Counted from the first letter of the stretch, positions 30,281 through 40,453 are shown. The stretch is 64,000 bases of DNA from an uncultured Gammaproteobacteria bacterium (GCA_964522405.1 CAZFTR010000003.1:35711-99710), one strand, 5' to 3'. Notes: generated by a model from the sequence alone, not told the origin. A program made the numbers and translations.

Positions 30281-30446
30281 CAATGTTGTCGGAAGCTTAC
30301 AACATTTTAACTAGATAAATTAGACTATACTCAGCCTAATTTTTTATATAATCTAAAAATTGTAATTTTCCAATTTACATTTTGCTCATTTTAAATTATA
30401 TTATATTTGAATATTCAACTGGCTCCAAAGGAGCTAGGAGGCAAGA

Positions 30447-30716
30447 ATGACCAGAATGAGCGCCTACTTCGGTGGCGGTGTTATCAGCTTCAAGAGAGAC
30501 CCCGACGACAAGATGTCGCCTACTGACGGCGTGATCCAGCCGGGCAAGGAGTTTGAATTCTACCCGTCCTACTACGAGCGCATCATTCTGACCCACGGTC
30601 GTGCCACCATCAATGGCAAAACCATGGTCGCTGGTGATGAGATCGTCGTTCCTACAGGTAAAAAGATCTGCATCCTGGCTCACGAAGTGAGCTGTTACGA
30701 GTGCTACTACAGCTGA
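30447..30716 (+). CDS. ppnP: Pyrimidine/purine nucleoside phosphorylase PpnP-like cupin (GC-rich unit)
   Basis: YF.G.V.S, GVIQPG.FEF, E.....G, AGD...VP, terminal Y.C.Y pattern of the YaiE/DUF1255 family; SD AGGAGG. Confidence 0.7.
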   Translation: MTRMSAYFGGGVISFKRDPDDKMSPTDGVIQPGKEFEFYPSYYERIILTHGRATINGKTMVAGDEIVVPTGKKICILAHEVSCYECYYS

Positions 30717-30785
30717 GACCAACAAAGGGGAACTCACGTGCACGTGTATCTTGACGGCAGCCTTTGCCAGTCGTCGAGATGCATT

Positions 30786-30812
30786 CAAAACAACCCAGAA
30801 TATGGGTTGTTT
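30786..30812. terminator. Bidirectional intrinsic terminator
   Basis: AAAACAACCCA-GAATA-TGGGTTGTTTT. Confidence 0.8.
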
Positions 30813-30830
30813 TGTTAGTTTAAGATGAAA

Positions 30831-31817
30831 TTATTTTATATATTCAAATTGTAATTTTGAAACTAAATCTGTTTTTTTAATCTCAGATTCTATTTTCATC
30901 TCAAGTCTGCGCTCAAGACCGTGAGCAAGTGATTCAGAAATTTTTAATAATTTATTTTGATCCATTTCCAGTTGATCTAAGTTCTCGAGAGCTTTTTTTC
31001 CTGTTTCTTTTGAAATAAAATCCTTTGGAAAATCAATTAATAGTCCTCTACCAAAGTTTTTCATAATATGTGCTGCTGTGATTGATAGATTCATAGCATG
31101 AGGACTGTTATGTTGGCACTGCAAATCAGCTTCTAGAAGTTCTGTATTTAGTTTTGAGGTTAAAATCTTGTCTGAAATATTTTTTCCTGTTTCATTTATG
31201 TCTGTTGCTAGATTTATATTAATTCTTCTGTGAGAACAAGAGCTTCCAGTGTATTGTTTTATGTAGTTTTCAAGATTTCCTGCGCTTGGAATGACTGGAT
31301 CAGGACCTAGATGATTTACTTTTGTTTGTATTACCGGATCATATGGTGACATGGAGTGGATATCTAGCCAAACTCCTCCTGGCTTCAAACTTTTTATAGT
31401 TTTAAAAATATTCTTCATGGTTTTTTTGTGAAGTATTCTAAGTTGCTTTAGAATTTTTTCATTTTTTCTAAAATCAAAAACATTTCTAATTGCTTTTTCA
31501 GAACTTATTCTTCCGAGATCAAGTATTCCGCGTGGAATTTGTACATCAAATATATCTACTCGTATTTTCTTTTTGGAATTTTCTACTAATTTCTTTGCGG
31601 TTGTGTGGGCAAGTTCTCTTGTTCCAAAATCATATTCTATTTTAAGAAATTTTTTAAAAGTACCTTCAGAATCCTGAAGCGCTTCCCGAAGCAGGGGATT
31701 ATTTTCATAAAAATCTATTCCATCATCTGAATGCAGACATAGCAAAAGGCAATCAGGTCGATCAGATTTGTAATTTGAATAAGTTGTAATTTTAAATTTT
31801 TCTGTTTTTATTTTCAT
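30831..31817 (-). CDS. Putative N-formylglutamate amidohydrolase-like Zn hydrolase
   Basis: LH, D.GT.EL, PRGILDLGR, LDIHSM, N.P motif order; AT-rich. Confidence 0.55.
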   Translation of the reverse strand: MKIKTEKFKITTYSNYKSDRPDCLLLCLHSDDGIDFYENNPLLREALQDSEGTFKKFLKIEYDFGTRELAHTTAKKLVENSKKKIRVDIFDVQIPRGILDLGRISSEKAIRNVFDFRKNEKILKQLRILHKKTMKNIFKTIKSLKPGGVWLDIHSMSPYDPVIQTKVNHLGPDPVIPSAGNLENYIKQYTGSSCSHRRININLATDINETGKNISDKILTSKLNTELLEADLQCQHNSPHAMNLSITAAHIMKNFGRGLLIDFPKDFISKETGKKALENLDQLEMDQNKLLKISESLAHGLERRLEMKIESEIKKTDLVSKLQFEYIK

Positions 31818-31912
31818 ATTATAATTTTAAATTTAGACAACCAAATGCCAAATATATTTTGACACTTAGATGCCCGCGCTGTGTCCTCCAGGTACAACGC
31901 TTGGCCTCCTTA

Positions 31913-33181
31913 TCAGTTGTTGATCAGTGTGCGGAACTCGTCCCGCGCAGCGCTCGCAGCGATTTGCGAGGTAGCCACGACTGCGAACGAGAACCAGCCC
32001 TTGAGCTCAGGATCAGGTGGCGAGACGATGATGATCTTCACCTTCGCGCAGTCAGTCTCTTCCTGAACTCGGCGTTCGGCCTGCTCGGCAAGAGCGTTCA
32101 ACTCACTGGCGGAGAAGACCTTACCCTTGATGGGCGGATCTTCGTCGTACTCAGCGAAGAGTTGGCTCTTGTTCGTTTCCCAGAGCTTGGCCAGTTGCTC
32201 CAGGATGTTGAGGATCACGCTCGTGAGCAGCACGCGCGCGTTGCTCTCGAAGTAGAAGCGAACTCTTTCTCCGAGTGCTGCATCCACGTCGGCGTCACCG
32301 CGGTAGCCCATCTCGTGCAGATGCCAGCCGTAGGCGAGCGCTTCCTCGATGACTTGCTCGAGACCGGGGATGGCAGGGCAAGGCACGGTGCAGCCCACCG
32401 ACTCAAGGCCATTGAGTCGACGGAGCGTGGTCGCCACGATCTTCGGACCTGCGTCCATGATCTCCATGACCACCGAGATGGCCTTCAGACCCTGGTAGAG
32501 ATCGTAGAGGTGTGGCTCGACCAGTACTGCGACCGGGTCAGCGATCTTGGCGATCGCTTTTCGCAGCTCTGCTTCGGTCGCGCAGAGCGCGTTGCCCAGG
32601 CCACCGGCCGAAACGATCTCGCGCAGAACCGCGCGCACGGCCCTCGCCAGCTCCTTGCGCGCCCGATCGAAGATCTGCTTGCGATCAGTGATGGCGGTCG
32701 GTGCGTTGGGTAGCGGAAGTCCATGCTCGTCACAGTAGAGCGTGAACCTCTGCTTGTCGTTGCTGCGTTGCGGTAGGCCTGCCTTGACCAGGTCTTCGGG
32801 GGTGCCGAGCACCTCGAGACCGAGTTCATTCCCCAGCTTGCAGACCGATGCGTGTTGCATGAGTGGTCCCAGCTTGTAGCCCTGGCGGCCGAGCTCGGTG
32901 ATCTCCCGACAAAGTCGCGGACTCCTTCGAATTTCTGCCACGAAATCAAAGGGTGAGCCCGGCATGTGGTCGAGGTAGAGCGGCTTGACCCGGAAGCCCA
33001 TGATCGAGGCGTGGTAGTCGAGGAGCTCCTCAATACCTTCGGTCGGCGGCAAGATGATGGTGTCGCCCGGCCCGATGCGCCACAATCCACGCAAGACCAG
33101 TTTGGCGCATTTGGCAGCGACCTTGCCCTCAGCCGGTTTGTTGAAAAACCTGCCGTAGTTCTCAACTGCGATAACTTTCAT
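31913..33181 (-). CDS. PGM1-like preATP-grasp/ATP-grasp peptide ligase (GC-rich unit)
   Basis: RGLW...GD.IILP, NDK.RF...GLPLP, GYRG..DVD, ESNAR; SD GGAGCAGGGGG before the ATG at 33181. Confidence 0.75.
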   Translation of the reverse strand: MKVIAVENYGRFFNKPAEGKVAAKCAKLVLRGLWRIGPGDTIILPPTEGIEELLDYHASIMGFRVKPLYLDHMPGSPFDFVAEIRRSPRLCREITELGRQGYKLGPLMQHASVCKLGNELGLEVLGTPEDLVKAGLPQRSNDKQRFTLYCDEHGLPLPNAPTAITDRKQIFDRARKELARAVRAVLREIVSAGGLGNALCATEAELRKAIAKIADPVAVLVEPHLYDLYQGLKAISVVMEIMDAGPKIVATTLRRLNGLESVGCTVPCPAIPGLEQVIEEALAYGWHLHEMGYRGDADVDAALGERVRFYFESNARVLLTSVILNILEQLAKLWETNKSQLFAEYDEDPPIKGKVFSASELNALAEQAERRVQEETDCAKVKIIIVSPPDPELKGWFSFAVVATSQIAASAARDEFRTLINN

Positions 33182-33208
33182 TTCCCCCTGCTCCAAGTGC
33201 GTGGATTC

Positions 33209-33291
33209 AAAAAAACTTCTCACCCACGCTGTGCGGGTAATTTTTTTGCTCTATTGCCTAATAAAACAAAAAACTTACCCGCATGGATAAG
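33209..33291 (-). terminator. Two tandem terminators of the riboswitch expression platform
   Basis: CTTATCC-ATGC-GGGTAAG-T6 (33291-33268) and TTACCCGC-ACAGC-GTGGGTGA..T7 (33240-33209). Confidence 0.75.
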
Positions 33292-33326
33292 AAGTTTGTT
33301 CCAAAAATCTATTCAAAAGACTTTGG

Positions 33327-33424
33327 CTTATCTTTCCCAGCAAGGGTTGGAAGGAGCACCTTGCTCAGATTGAGTAGGTTGCTAGAGAGTCACAGGGCCA
33401 ATTCCCTCATCTCTTCTTGATATT
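33327..33424 (-). ncRNA. SAM-I riboswitch
   Basis: AUAUCAAGAAGAGAUGAGGGAAUUGGCCCUGUGA..CUAGCAACC...AAGGUGCU..UUCC...GAAAGAUAAG matches the S-box consensus; promoter TTGACA(33480)-17-TATTCT. Confidence 0.92.
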
Positions 33425-33545
33425 TCTAAATTGTCTAAAAGATCTGTTATTAGAATAATATATTTTTGGAAAATTGTCAAATTCGGTTTTTTGGTTGACC
33501 TAGAGAAAAATATCTGCTATAATCTTTCTACTTTGTTTAAATAAC

Positions 33546-33619
33546 GGGCCTGTAGCTCAGCTGGCTAGAGCATCGCCATGGCATGGCGGGGGTCAGGAGT
33601 TCGAATCTCCTCAGGTCCA
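33546..33619 (+). tRNA. tRNA-Ala (GGC)
   Basis: GGGCCTG/CAGGTCC acceptor stem with G3:U70, anticodon GGC. Confidence 0.95.
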
Positions 33620-33628
33620 CATTTTTTT

Positions 33629-34699
33629 ATGCTATCTATTGGAATTGTTGGTTTGCCCAATGTTGGAAAGTCTACTCTTTTCAACGCTCTTACCAAGAGT
33701 AAGCAGGCTGATGCACAAAATTATCCTTTTTGTACTATCGAACCAAATGTCGGTATTGTTGAGGTGCCTGATCAACGTCTTGCTCAACTATCTGAAATTT
33801 CAAAATCCCAGAAAACTGTACCAACTGCTATTGAGTTTGTAGATATTGCCGGATTGGTAAAAGGTGCATCAGAGGGCGAGGGTCTGGGAAATAGGTTCTT
33901 GTCGCATATTCGCGAAGTTGATGCTATTGCTCACGTGGTACGTGGTTTTGATGACAGTAATATTACCCATGTTCATGGAAATATTGATCCAAAATCTGAT
34001 GCTGAAGTTATAAATTTGGAATTGGTTATGGCTGATTGGCAGACTGTCAGTAAACGTTTGGAAAAAACTAAGGCAAAAGCAAAGGGAATTGCTGCCAAGG
34101 AATTACAAAAAGAGTTGGAATTGCTAGAGAGGCTATCAAGTCATCTTGAAGCTGGAAAAAATGCTCGAACTTTGGAATATACTGACGATGAAATGGAAAT
34201 TATCAGAGATTTGCATCTGCTCTCCATGAAGCCTATGATGTACATTGTAAATGATAATGAAAAGTTAGCAGAAACTTCTTTTGAGATCGAGCCGGGAGTT
34301 CCCAGTGTCCAGATTTGTGCTCGTCTTGAAGCTGAATTGGTTGGGTTGTCTGATCAGGAAGCTCAAGAATATATGAAAGAGTTAGGTATGGAGCAAACAG
34401 GTCTTGATAAAATTATTATTGCTGGTTATAAATTATTAAATTTAGTAACTTTTTTTACTTCTGGTGAGCCAGAAACAAGAGCTTGGACTGTTATTGAGAA
34501 TACCAAAGGGCCTGATGCAGCTGGTGTAATTCATACTGATTTTATAAAAGGATATATTAAGGCTGATGTGGCAAATGTGGCTGATTTTATTGAGAGTGGC
34601 GGCTGGAATGGTGTAAAAGAATCAGGTAAAATGCGTCTTGAGGGAAAAGATTATATTGTCAAAGATGGTGATGTTTGTTATTTTCATGTAAGCACTTAA
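33629..34699 (+). CDS. ychF: Ribosome-associated ATPase YchF
   Basis: [37 protein letters not shown]. Confidence 0.98.
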   Translation: MLSIGIVGLPNVGKSTLFNALTKSKQADAQNYPFCTIEPNVGIVEVPDQRLAQLSEISKSQKTVPTAIEFVDIAGLVKGASEGEGLGNRFLSHIREVDAIAHVVRGFDDSNITHVHGNIDPKSDAEVINLELVMADWQTVSKRLEKTKAKAKGIAAKELQKELELLERLSSHLEAGKNARTLEYTDDEMEIIRDLHLLSMKPMMYIVNDNEKLAETSFEIEPGVPSVQICARLEAELVGLSDQEAQEYMKELGMEQTGLDKIIIAGYKLLNLVTFFTSGEPETRAWTVIENTKGPDAAGVIHTDFIKGYIKADVANVADFIESGGWNGVKESGKMRLEGKDYIVKDGDVCYFHVST

Positions 34700-34828
34700 A
34701 AGAAGAAAAATTTTCATTAAAATTCGTTGAAATCAGCGGATTTTTTTATTTTGTATATTAGATAAATTATGCTACTATTGATTTATCTATAATCTTTTAT
34801 TAAATTTATTATTTTTTTAAATTTGCTT

Positions 34829-37579
34829 ATGAAAAAGAAAATTTTATTTGCAGGTTTTCTAGTTTTTGCTTTTATCTTGGCTTCAGGTCAGGTTTTGGCT
34901 CAAACAGATCCTGTTACAGAAGGTGATTCAGATGATCAACCGGTTCCAGAATTGTATCAAGAGGCTGTAGTTGAAGAGTCTGATGCGCCAGAAGAAGTTC
35001 CAGAGGATGTAATAGAAGATGAACAAGTTAGTGCAGAAGATCTTGGTGTGGAAGAGGCAAGGATTTTACCTGATAATCCTCTTTATGCGTTCAAGAGATT
35101 TGCTCGCGGAGTTCGTGAGGCTGTTACTTTTAATCCAATAAAAAAAGCTGAACTTCGTCTACGATATGCAAATGAAGAACTTGCTGATGCTCAAAAACTC
35201 CTAGATGAGAAGTTTGAAGATGAGGATGCTGTTCGCGCTGCTACCAAAGCAGTTGAGCGTTTTGAAAGAAGGATTGAGAAGATCAGCGATAAAACTGATA
35301 AATTAAAAGAGAAAATTGATGAAGATGGCAGGGTAGATAGATTTTTAGACAATGTTCTTGATAAACAAATCAAACAGCAGAAAGTTTTAGAAAAAGTTGA
35401 GCGAAGAATTATTGAACATGCTCCGGAAGAGGTTGCAAAAAGAGTTTTAGAAAGAGTTCAAGATGTGCGTGACAGATCTGCTGAACATGTTGCTCAGGTT
35501 ATGACTCGAGTCGAAGAAAATCAAGAAAGGATTGTTCAACGTTTTGATCGTGTTTTAGATGCTCAGGAAGGAAGTGGATTCAAAGAACTTAGAAATCTTG
35601 AAGTTTTAAAACGTATTGAAGATCATGTACCAGAGCAAGCCAGAGAAGCTATTGTACATGCACAGGAAAATGCTTTTAAGCGCTTAGGTAATGGTTTTAG
35701 AGATCATTCTGCCGAAGATTTTGAAAGATATACTAGACATATGGGCGGTGATGAGACTAGATATATGGAGATTTTTGATCGTCCTGAATTTGTAGAAGAT
35801 GCACCCGAAGAAATTAAACAAAAAATGGAAAAAATTAAAGATCTTGCTGCCAGAAGGCTTCAGCATAGGGTTGAAGAGATAAATGATAGATTTGATGATG
35901 AGCAATTTGAAAGACGTACTCGCGATAGAATGTTCGAACATCTCAAAGAAGGAGAGATTGCTAATCCTGCTAAGATTCGAGTTATGCAGGAACTTGGAGA
36001 GAGAATGCATTTTGAAGATAAGAAAATGCAGGAAGAAATGGTAAAACATGAAGATGAAAGTGTTGATGCTTTTATTGCCGCTTTTCCTGACGCTAAAGCT
36101 GATGCAGAAAGATTTCGTGAATTATCCAAAAAAATGGCAGACAATCCTGATCCAAATACATTTAGATTGATCCAGGATTTAGAAAGAAAAGTAATGGCTG
36201 ATCCTGAAATGGCCGATTTTATAAGAAAAATGGAAGTTGAAGCCAAACAGGGATTTGCCCAAAAAGCTACACAAGTAGGAGAAGATTTTTTTGAAGAGAT
36301 TATTTCCAGTAATCCGGCAGATATAGAAATCTTCAAACAACTACAAAGAGATTTTGCTGAAAATCCTGATGACTTCTTTGGTCCTCCGGGATTCAATGGC
36401 GAGCGTCCTGAATTTGAGGATCATCGATATGGACCTCCTCCGGGATTTGATCGTTATTTTGACCGAGCTCTTGATAAGCAAACTGAAAAAATTACAGATT
36501 ATCTGGGTGAGATAGATAATCCTATGGATTTCCAACAGTTCCAATCAAGATTTGATATTCCAGAAGAAGCTCTTGCTGAATTAAAAAGAAGACAGGGAGA
36601 TTTTGATGATAAGTTTAGAGACAGAAGGGTTGATGTTGAAGAATATGAGCATAAGCAGGCCTGGGATCAGTTAGAGAGAGAGTTTGATCAGAGATTGAAA
36701 AATGTAGGGGATGTTGGAAAGGATGAAATTATAAAAGAATTTGATGAGCGTCGAAAACAGCTTTCCAATCAAGCTGATGTCAGACGAAAAGAATTTTTTG
36801 AGAAGAGTATTACAAATGACCCTTTTTGTGATCAGAGATGCCAAGAGCAGGAGAGACATTTCTTTGATGAGAGGATGAGAAAAGACCAAGAAAGGCGTAG
36901 GGAAAATGAAGAATTTTATGAGATCGAAAAAGAGATCAATGAATTTTTCTGGAAAAAAGAAAAAGAAAAAGTAGAAGGTCAGATGCGCGAGGATGGAAAT
37001 TTCTTTGTAGGAAAATGTGGGGATGCTGAATCTTGTGAAAAATGGTGTATAGAAAATCCAGGACATCCAGAATGTGATCGGCCAGATGGTCAACCCGGAC
37101 CAGATGATCATCGTCGTGATGATAGATTTTTCCAAAAAGATGATTTTGAATTTGATGGAGAAAAGTATCAAGAGAAATATCCAAATCCAGATAAGCTAGA
37201 AAAAGAAGGCTTTGAAACCGGCCCTATTGGCGATAGGGATGATTGGGAAAAAAGAGGGTTGGCGCCAATGCCAAGTCCTGGTCCTAAAAAATACCAAAAA
37301 GAAGGCTTTGAAACCGGCCCTATTGGAGACAAGTATGAGGACAAATATGAAAAAAAGGACTATGATGATAGGTATGATAAGGAAAAGTATGATTACCAAG
37401 ATAAAGATCTCAGATCAGCACCTATGCCGGGTAGTGATGTTGGGCACAGAGGTTTGGCTCCGGTTCCTACTCCGGGAATGCAAAATAACATTCCAAAACC
37501 AGGCTTAGCACCTATTCCAAGTCCAGGGCCTGCAAATGATCTTGAAAAAACAGGTCTCGCCCCGATGCCAAGTCCTTAA
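34829..37579 (+). CDS. Large secreted DUF5667-like helical protein with Pro-rich C-terminal repeats
   Basis: Signal peptide; ILPDNPLYAFKR..A.EEL; GLAPxPSP repeats. Confidence 0.75.
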   Translation: MKKKILFAGFLVFAFILASGQVLAQTDPVTEGDSDDQPVPELYQEAVVEESDAPEEVPEDVIEDEQVSAEDLGVEEARILPDNPLYAFKRFARGVREAVTFNPIKKAELRLRYANEELADAQKLLDEKFEDEDAVRAATKAVERFERRIEKISDKTDKLKEKIDEDGRVDRFLDNVLDKQIKQQKVLEKVERRIIEHAPEEVAKRVLERVQDVRDRSAEHVAQVMTRVEENQERIVQRFDRVLDAQEGSGFKELRNLEVLKRIEDHVPEQAREAIVHAQENAFKRLGNGFRDHSAEDFERYTRHMGGDETRYMEIFDRPEFVEDAPEEIKQKMEKIKDLAARRLQHRVEEINDRFDDEQFERRTRDRMFEHLKEGEIANPAKIRVMQELGERMHFEDKKMQEEMVKHEDESVDAFIAAFPDAKADAERFRELSKKMADNPDPNTFRLIQDLERKVMADPEMADFIRKMEVEAKQGFAQKATQVGEDFFEEIISSNPADIEIFKQLQRDFAENPDDFFGPPGFNGERPEFEDHRYGPPPGFDRYFDRALDKQTEKITDYLGEIDNPMDFQQFQSRFDIPEEALAELKRRQGDFDDKFRDRRVDVEEYEHKQAWDQLEREFDQRLKNVGDVGKDEIIKEFDERRKQLSNQADVRRKEFFEKSITNDPFCDQRCQEQERHFFDERMRKDQERRRENEEFYEIEKEINEFFWKKEKEKVEGQMREDGNFFVGKCGDAESCEKWCIENPGHPECDRPDGQPGPDDHRRDDRFFQKDDFEFDGEKYQEKYPNPDKLEKEGFETGPIGDRDDWEKRGLAPMPSPGPKKYQKEGFETGPIGDKYEDKYEKKDYDDRYDKEKYDYQDKDLRSAPMPGSDVGHRGLAPVPTPGMQNNIPKPGLAPIPSPGPANDLEKTGLAPMPSP
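37201..37326 (+). repeat. 30-bp perfect intragenic direct repeat
   Basis: AAAAGAAGGCTTTGAAACCGGCCCTATTGG at 37201 and 37297. Confidence 0.9.
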
Positions 37580-37680
37580 TTTGAAATTAGATTTTTTAAA
37601 AAGCACTCAGATTTAGTTGAGAGTGCTTTTTTATTTGGTGGCTTTTATTTTTATTTTTAATAAGATATAATAAGTTGACT

Positions 37681-38409
37681 ATGAGATATGAACGCATAAA
37701 AAATCCAGATTATATTCATCATCAGAATATTGATGCATCTATTATAAAAGAGTTTATTTTTGGTGCAGAAGATGGAATGGTTTCTACTATGGGTTCAATT
37801 ACTGGAATTGCAGCTGCTACTGGAAATCCTTTTACAGTTATTCTTGCCGGTTCTGTTATTATTGCGGTAGAGTCTATTTCAATGGCAGTTGGATCTTATC
37901 TTTCAAACAAATCAGAACAGTCAATTGACAGGAGAATGATAGAAGAGGAAAAAGAAGAAATTAAAAATCAGCTAATGGAGGAAAAAGAAGAGATGATAGA
38001 ATTATTTGTGAGAGATGGCTGGCCAAAGAAACTTGCCAAAGAGATGGCTGATATAACTGAGAAGGACAAAGATCTTATGCTTAGAGAAATGGCTTATAGA
38101 GAATTAAAAATCGATCCGGATGATGGAAGGGTTCCATTTAAAAATGGAATTGTAATGGGCTTTTCATATATTGCCGGTGGTTTAATACCTCTTTTACCTT
38201 ATTTATTCTTGGATTTATTTGTAGCAATTCCTGTTTCAATTGTCTTCACTCTTGTTAGTCTTTTTGTTCTTGGTAGCTTTACTAGTAGATATTCAAGACG
38301 TACTTGGTGGAAAGCCGGTGCGGAGATGTTAGTACTGGCCGGATTGGCGGCTATGGTTGGTTATTTGGCAGGTCAAGCAATTGATAATTGGTGGGCAAGT
38401 GGAAAATAA
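37681..38409 (+). CDS. VIT1/CCC1 family iron/manganese transporter
   Basis: IFGAEDGMVST, SMAVGSYLS, GGLIPLLPY. Confidence 0.92.
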   Translation: MRYERIKNPDYIHHQNIDASIIKEFIFGAEDGMVSTMGSITGIAAATGNPFTVILAGSVIIAVESISMAVGSYLSNKSEQSIDRRMIEEEKEEIKNQLMEEKEEMIELFVRDGWPKKLAKEMADITEKDKDLMLREMAYRELKIDPDDGRVPFKNGIVMGFSYIAGGLIPLLPYLFLDLFVAIPVSIVFTLVSLFVLGSFTSRYSRRTWWKAGAEMLVLAGLAAMVGYLAGQAIDNWWASGK

Positions 38410-39540
38410 TTATTTTTTGCTAAATTTGAAGATTTCTCTCGCCAAATGTTGTTTTGGCCGGTGATAGACCAAAGTTTTTTCTTTTTCAGTGAATGGGATT
38501 TGATTAAATCCTATTTTTTTTATCTCATCTACACAGTTAATTGTTATCCAGCTTTCATCATGGTCAAATTTTGGAATTATAAAAATAACAACAGCATCTT
38601 TTTTTAAGATTTTCTTAAATGATCTAAATGAATTTGCATAAAGCCTTTTCAGTTCACTAGTTTGTTTCTCCATTTGTTCTCTGGTTTCTTTTCCATGGAG
38701 TGGTTTACCAAGATATGGTTCTGATACGATTAGATCAATTGATTCAGGTTTTAATTTTTTATCTATATGAGTTGCATCAGATATAAAAACTCTTTCTTCA
38801 ACATCTTCTATTTCTGGGTTATTTTCTTTTATCCATTCTATATTATTTCTAGTGTCTTCTGTTGCCTTGCTCGAAATATCTGATCCAATAATTGTTTTGA
38901 AGCCCAGTGTTAGAGCTTCGGTAAGTACTGTTCCAGATCCGCAAAAAGGATCAAGTAAGGTAGATTTTGTATTTGCCTGAGAGAGATTTATCATAATTCT
39001 GGCCAACTTGGGTGGAAGCATGCCACTCTTGGTGTCAAAACCAGGTCGATCATAATCTCTTTTACTAAATTCTTCTATGGGTTGAATAGCGACAGTTTGA
39101 TAAATTTTATTGTTTATAATTGTAAAATCTGTTCCTCGTTTGACCAAGTTATTATGAATAATTGTTGCTGAGTTTTTTGGTTCTATATATCTTACTGATT
39201 TTCCAAGTTGCTTTAATTCTTTTTTTACCTTTATACCGGTATTTTTGGATGATACTGAAAAATGAATTTTTGAACTTTCGTCTTTCATGAGTTCCACAAG
39301 AGTATTTTCTATGTTTTTTATGGTAGGAATTAATTTTGTAATTTTGACAGTTCCACCAAGTTGGAGCATGATTTCTTCGGCATCAAATTTATGATAGGTT
39401 TCAAGAATTAGATATTTTTTACTTTCTGAAATTGTCTGGTATTTGATTTTTTTTGCAGAAAAAACCGCTTTGATTTCAGCGGTTGAAATATGAGGTTGAT
39501 GCCCTAGTTCAAAGGCATAGATATTTTTTGGGTCAGCCAT
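38410..39540 (-). CDS. TRM11-like SAM-dependent RNA methyltransferase
   Basis: MLPPKLARIMINL, LLDPFCGSGT, SEPYLG. Confidence 0.85.
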   Translation of the reverse strand: MADPKNIYAFELGHQPHISTAEIKAVFSAKKIKYQTISESKKYLILETYHKFDAEEIMLQLGGTVKITKLIPTIKNIENTLVELMKDESSKIHFSVSSKNTGIKVKKELKQLGKSVRYIEPKNSATIIHNNLVKRGTDFTIINNKIYQTVAIQPIEEFSKRDYDRPGFDTKSGMLPPKLARIMINLSQANTKSTLLDPFCGSGTVLTEALTLGFKTIIGSDISSKATEDTRNNIEWIKENNPEIEDVEERVFISDATHIDKKLKPESIDLIVSEPYLGKPLHGKETREQMEKQTSELKRLYANSFRSFKKILKKDAVVIFIIPKFDHDESWITINCVDEIKKIGFNQIPFTEKEKTLVYHRPKQHLAREIFKFSKK

Positions 39541-39541
39541 A

Positions 39542-39889
39542 CTAGTCTTTTTCTTCGATTACTTCTTGATTAAATGGATTTTTAGTTATCATACTGGTAG
39601 TTGTAAATTTTTTTTCTAGATTAACCTTGGTTTCTTGATAAAGTTTGAAATTGATAGGTCTTGTGCCTGGATCTCTTTGGAGTATCAAAGCTGCGTCAGT
39701 AGTATCAATTGTTTTATAGATATAAGAATAAGCAAACCAAATTGTAGCTAGAAATATACTGACAAAGACAATAATAGAGGATATGCTCAAAATTTTCAAG
39801 TTTATATAGCTTTTGTACTCAACCCCAAAAGGAACCTCTGCTTTTGGTTTAGGTTTTTTTCCTTCTTTTTTTCCTTTTTTAAACTTCAT
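39542..39889 (-). CDS. Single-TM hypothetical protein at the end of the pil operon
   Basis: One TM helix; abuts pilO. Confidence 0.6.
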   Translation of the reverse strand: MKFKKGKKEGKKPKPKAEVPFGVEYKSYINLKILSISSIIVFVSIFLATIWFAYSYIYKTIDTTDAALILQRDPGTRPINFKLYQETKVNLEKKFTTTSMITKNPFNQEVIEEKD

Positions 39890-39891
39890 AT

Positions 39892-40452
39892 TTAGTGGGT
39901 AAATACTTTTGCAGAAAAATTAAGAGTTATGCTTGGTTGCTCATTTTTTATTTTTTGATTGTTTTTTAGGTTAATATTGTCTATTAATACATAAAAAGGC
40001 AGATTCTCTATTGCTTCGAGGTAGCTTATATGATTTTCAAAGCTGCCAATATTATGAAAAGTGAAAGTGAAATAGCCGCCATCACTTATCTGGTTATCAA
40101 GTTTTGGATCTCCTGCTTGAAAGTCAAGATTAGTGCTTTGTCTAATATTGTGTGCTTCTGCCAAAGATTCAAATTTAGTTATCAGTTCTAGTTGTTCATT
40201 TTTATCAACTGTCATTTCTCGGTATGAATCAATTGTTTCATAAATCTCATCTAATTCGTGAATTGATTTTCTGAGCAAACGGGTTTTCTGGTAACTGTCT
40301 TCAATATTTTGTTCTGTTATTCCTATGTCTCCCTTTAGTTCAGTGATATTTTTTGCAGAAGGAATAATTATATAAATAAGCACAATTGAGATTACTACCA
40401 ATAGTGTGAGTATGCTTAGCAAAATTTTATTTTTTATAGATAATCTCAACAT
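39892..40452 (-). CDS. pilO: PilO-like protein
   Basis: N-terminal TM, coiled coil, GSF....YL..IE.LP; position in operon. Confidence 0.7.
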   Translation of the reverse strand: MLRLSIKNKILLSILTLLVVISIVLIYIIIPSAKNITELKGDIGITEQNIEDSYQKTRLLRKSIHELDEIYETIDSYREMTVDKNEQLELITKFESLAEAHNIRQSTNLDFQAGDPKLDNQISDGGYFTFTFHNIGSFENHISYLEAIENLPFYVLIDNINLKNNQKIKNEQPSITLNFSAKVFTH

Positions 40453-40453
40453 A

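Noticed and set aside
31859-33373. Alternative ORFs of 284, 226 and 135 aa over the ATP-grasp gene
   Set aside because: Stop-poor GC-rich sequence; no motifs or SD
33578-33628. N-terminal extension of YchF in the ORF track
   Set aside because: Overlaps tRNA-Ala; the real start is 33629
37201-37326. 30-bp direct repeat as a mini-CRISPR
   Set aside because: Only two copies, in frame within a CDS, no cas genes
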